The position numbers and the translations under genes are program-made. Shown here in pieces: positions 63,520 to 64,000 of a stretch of DNA of 64,000 nt (position 1 is its first letter; every line of letters begins with the position of its first letter). Origin of the DNA: Vicugna vicugna. Lineage: Eukaryota. The notes under the pieces were generated by a model. It was given only the letters and a program-made list of their open reading frames with translations, ran no database searches and was not told where the DNA came from. Location: assembly GCA_013265495.1 (NCBI GenBank), contig MU058844.1, positions 3,295,819 through 3,359,818 on the forward strand, read 5' to 3'.

Positions 63520-63700
63520 AGTCTTGTGGCATGATTTGCCCAAAGGCTCCCAAATATTGATGCATATTATAATCACCTGGAAGGCTTGTTTGAGAACATA
63601 CAGATTTCTGATATTCACAGCAGACTTTCTAAATCAAAATCTCTGGGGTGGGGCCCAAGAACCACTTTTAACAAGCTACCTTGGTGATTCTTATATATTT
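63520..63700. mobile_element. MER5A/MER5B
   Basis: tgcatattataatcacctgg...aatctctggggtggggcccaagaaccacttttaacaagctaccttggtgattct. Confidence 0.7.
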
Positions 63701-64000
63701 GTTGGCAATATGCAGGATAGATAGACACGGGTAAGTCTTGAAGTCAGAAGATAAGTTAGAGATTATGGAAATACTCCAGGAAGTAGAGGAAGAGGGCCTA
63801 GAGAGTGGCTGGAGCCCAAAGAAGAGAAAGACGAGAAAATAAAGTGTGTTGTAAGGATATAGTTGGTAGGATTTGGCAGCTTAATGTTGATTGACATAAG
63901 TCACTCAGGGTCTTTGAAAAAAAAGGTTAATAATTTGGAAGGATCCGGTACTTCCTTTTCTATGTATTCTCCTATACTTAAAAGGAACTCTATCCAGAAG

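Noticed and set aside
8200..64000. A second protein-coding gene or a novel multi-gene system
   Set aside because: No recognisable coding exon or full-size CpG-island promoter; ancient repeats explain most of the region. Small or non-coding exons cannot be excluded by eye.

Overview
Mammalian genomic DNA, very probably camelid: it has a vic-1-type tRNA-derived SINE and cetartiodactyl-type L1 3' ends, and I saw no Alu, B1, Bov-B, PRE-1 or SINEC. The first ~8.2 kb is the 3' end of ATP2B1 (plasma-membrane Ca2+ ATPase 1, PMCA1) on the + strand: end of the last intron, terminal coding exon (4948-5259, ending in the PDZ ligand ETSL) and a ~2.9 kb 3' UTR with proximal and distal poly(A) signals. The remaining ~56 kb appears non-coding and is mostly ancient eutherian repeats (L2, MIR, L3/CR1, L1M, MaLR/ERVL/ERV1 LTRs, hAT and Tigger MITEs, a decayed ERVL pol-dUTPase-LTR remnant). 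Apart from the ATP2B1 exon, every ORF in the track looks spurious or is a decayed repeat fragment. I find no CRISPR array, RNA gene or new multi-gene system. The most interesting observations are local genome events: (1) a 5'-truncated mRNA retrocopy with poly(A), TSDs and an L1 endonuclease site inside an L2; (2) a ~335 bp piece of older genomic DNA between two (TA)n arrays inside a younger L1; (3) an old MLT1H LTR that is strikingly CpG-rich and carries NRF1 and E-box motifs; (4) a head-to-tail SINE duplication with three TSD copies. Repeat family names come from recalled consensus sequences, not a search, and most repeat boundaries are approximate.
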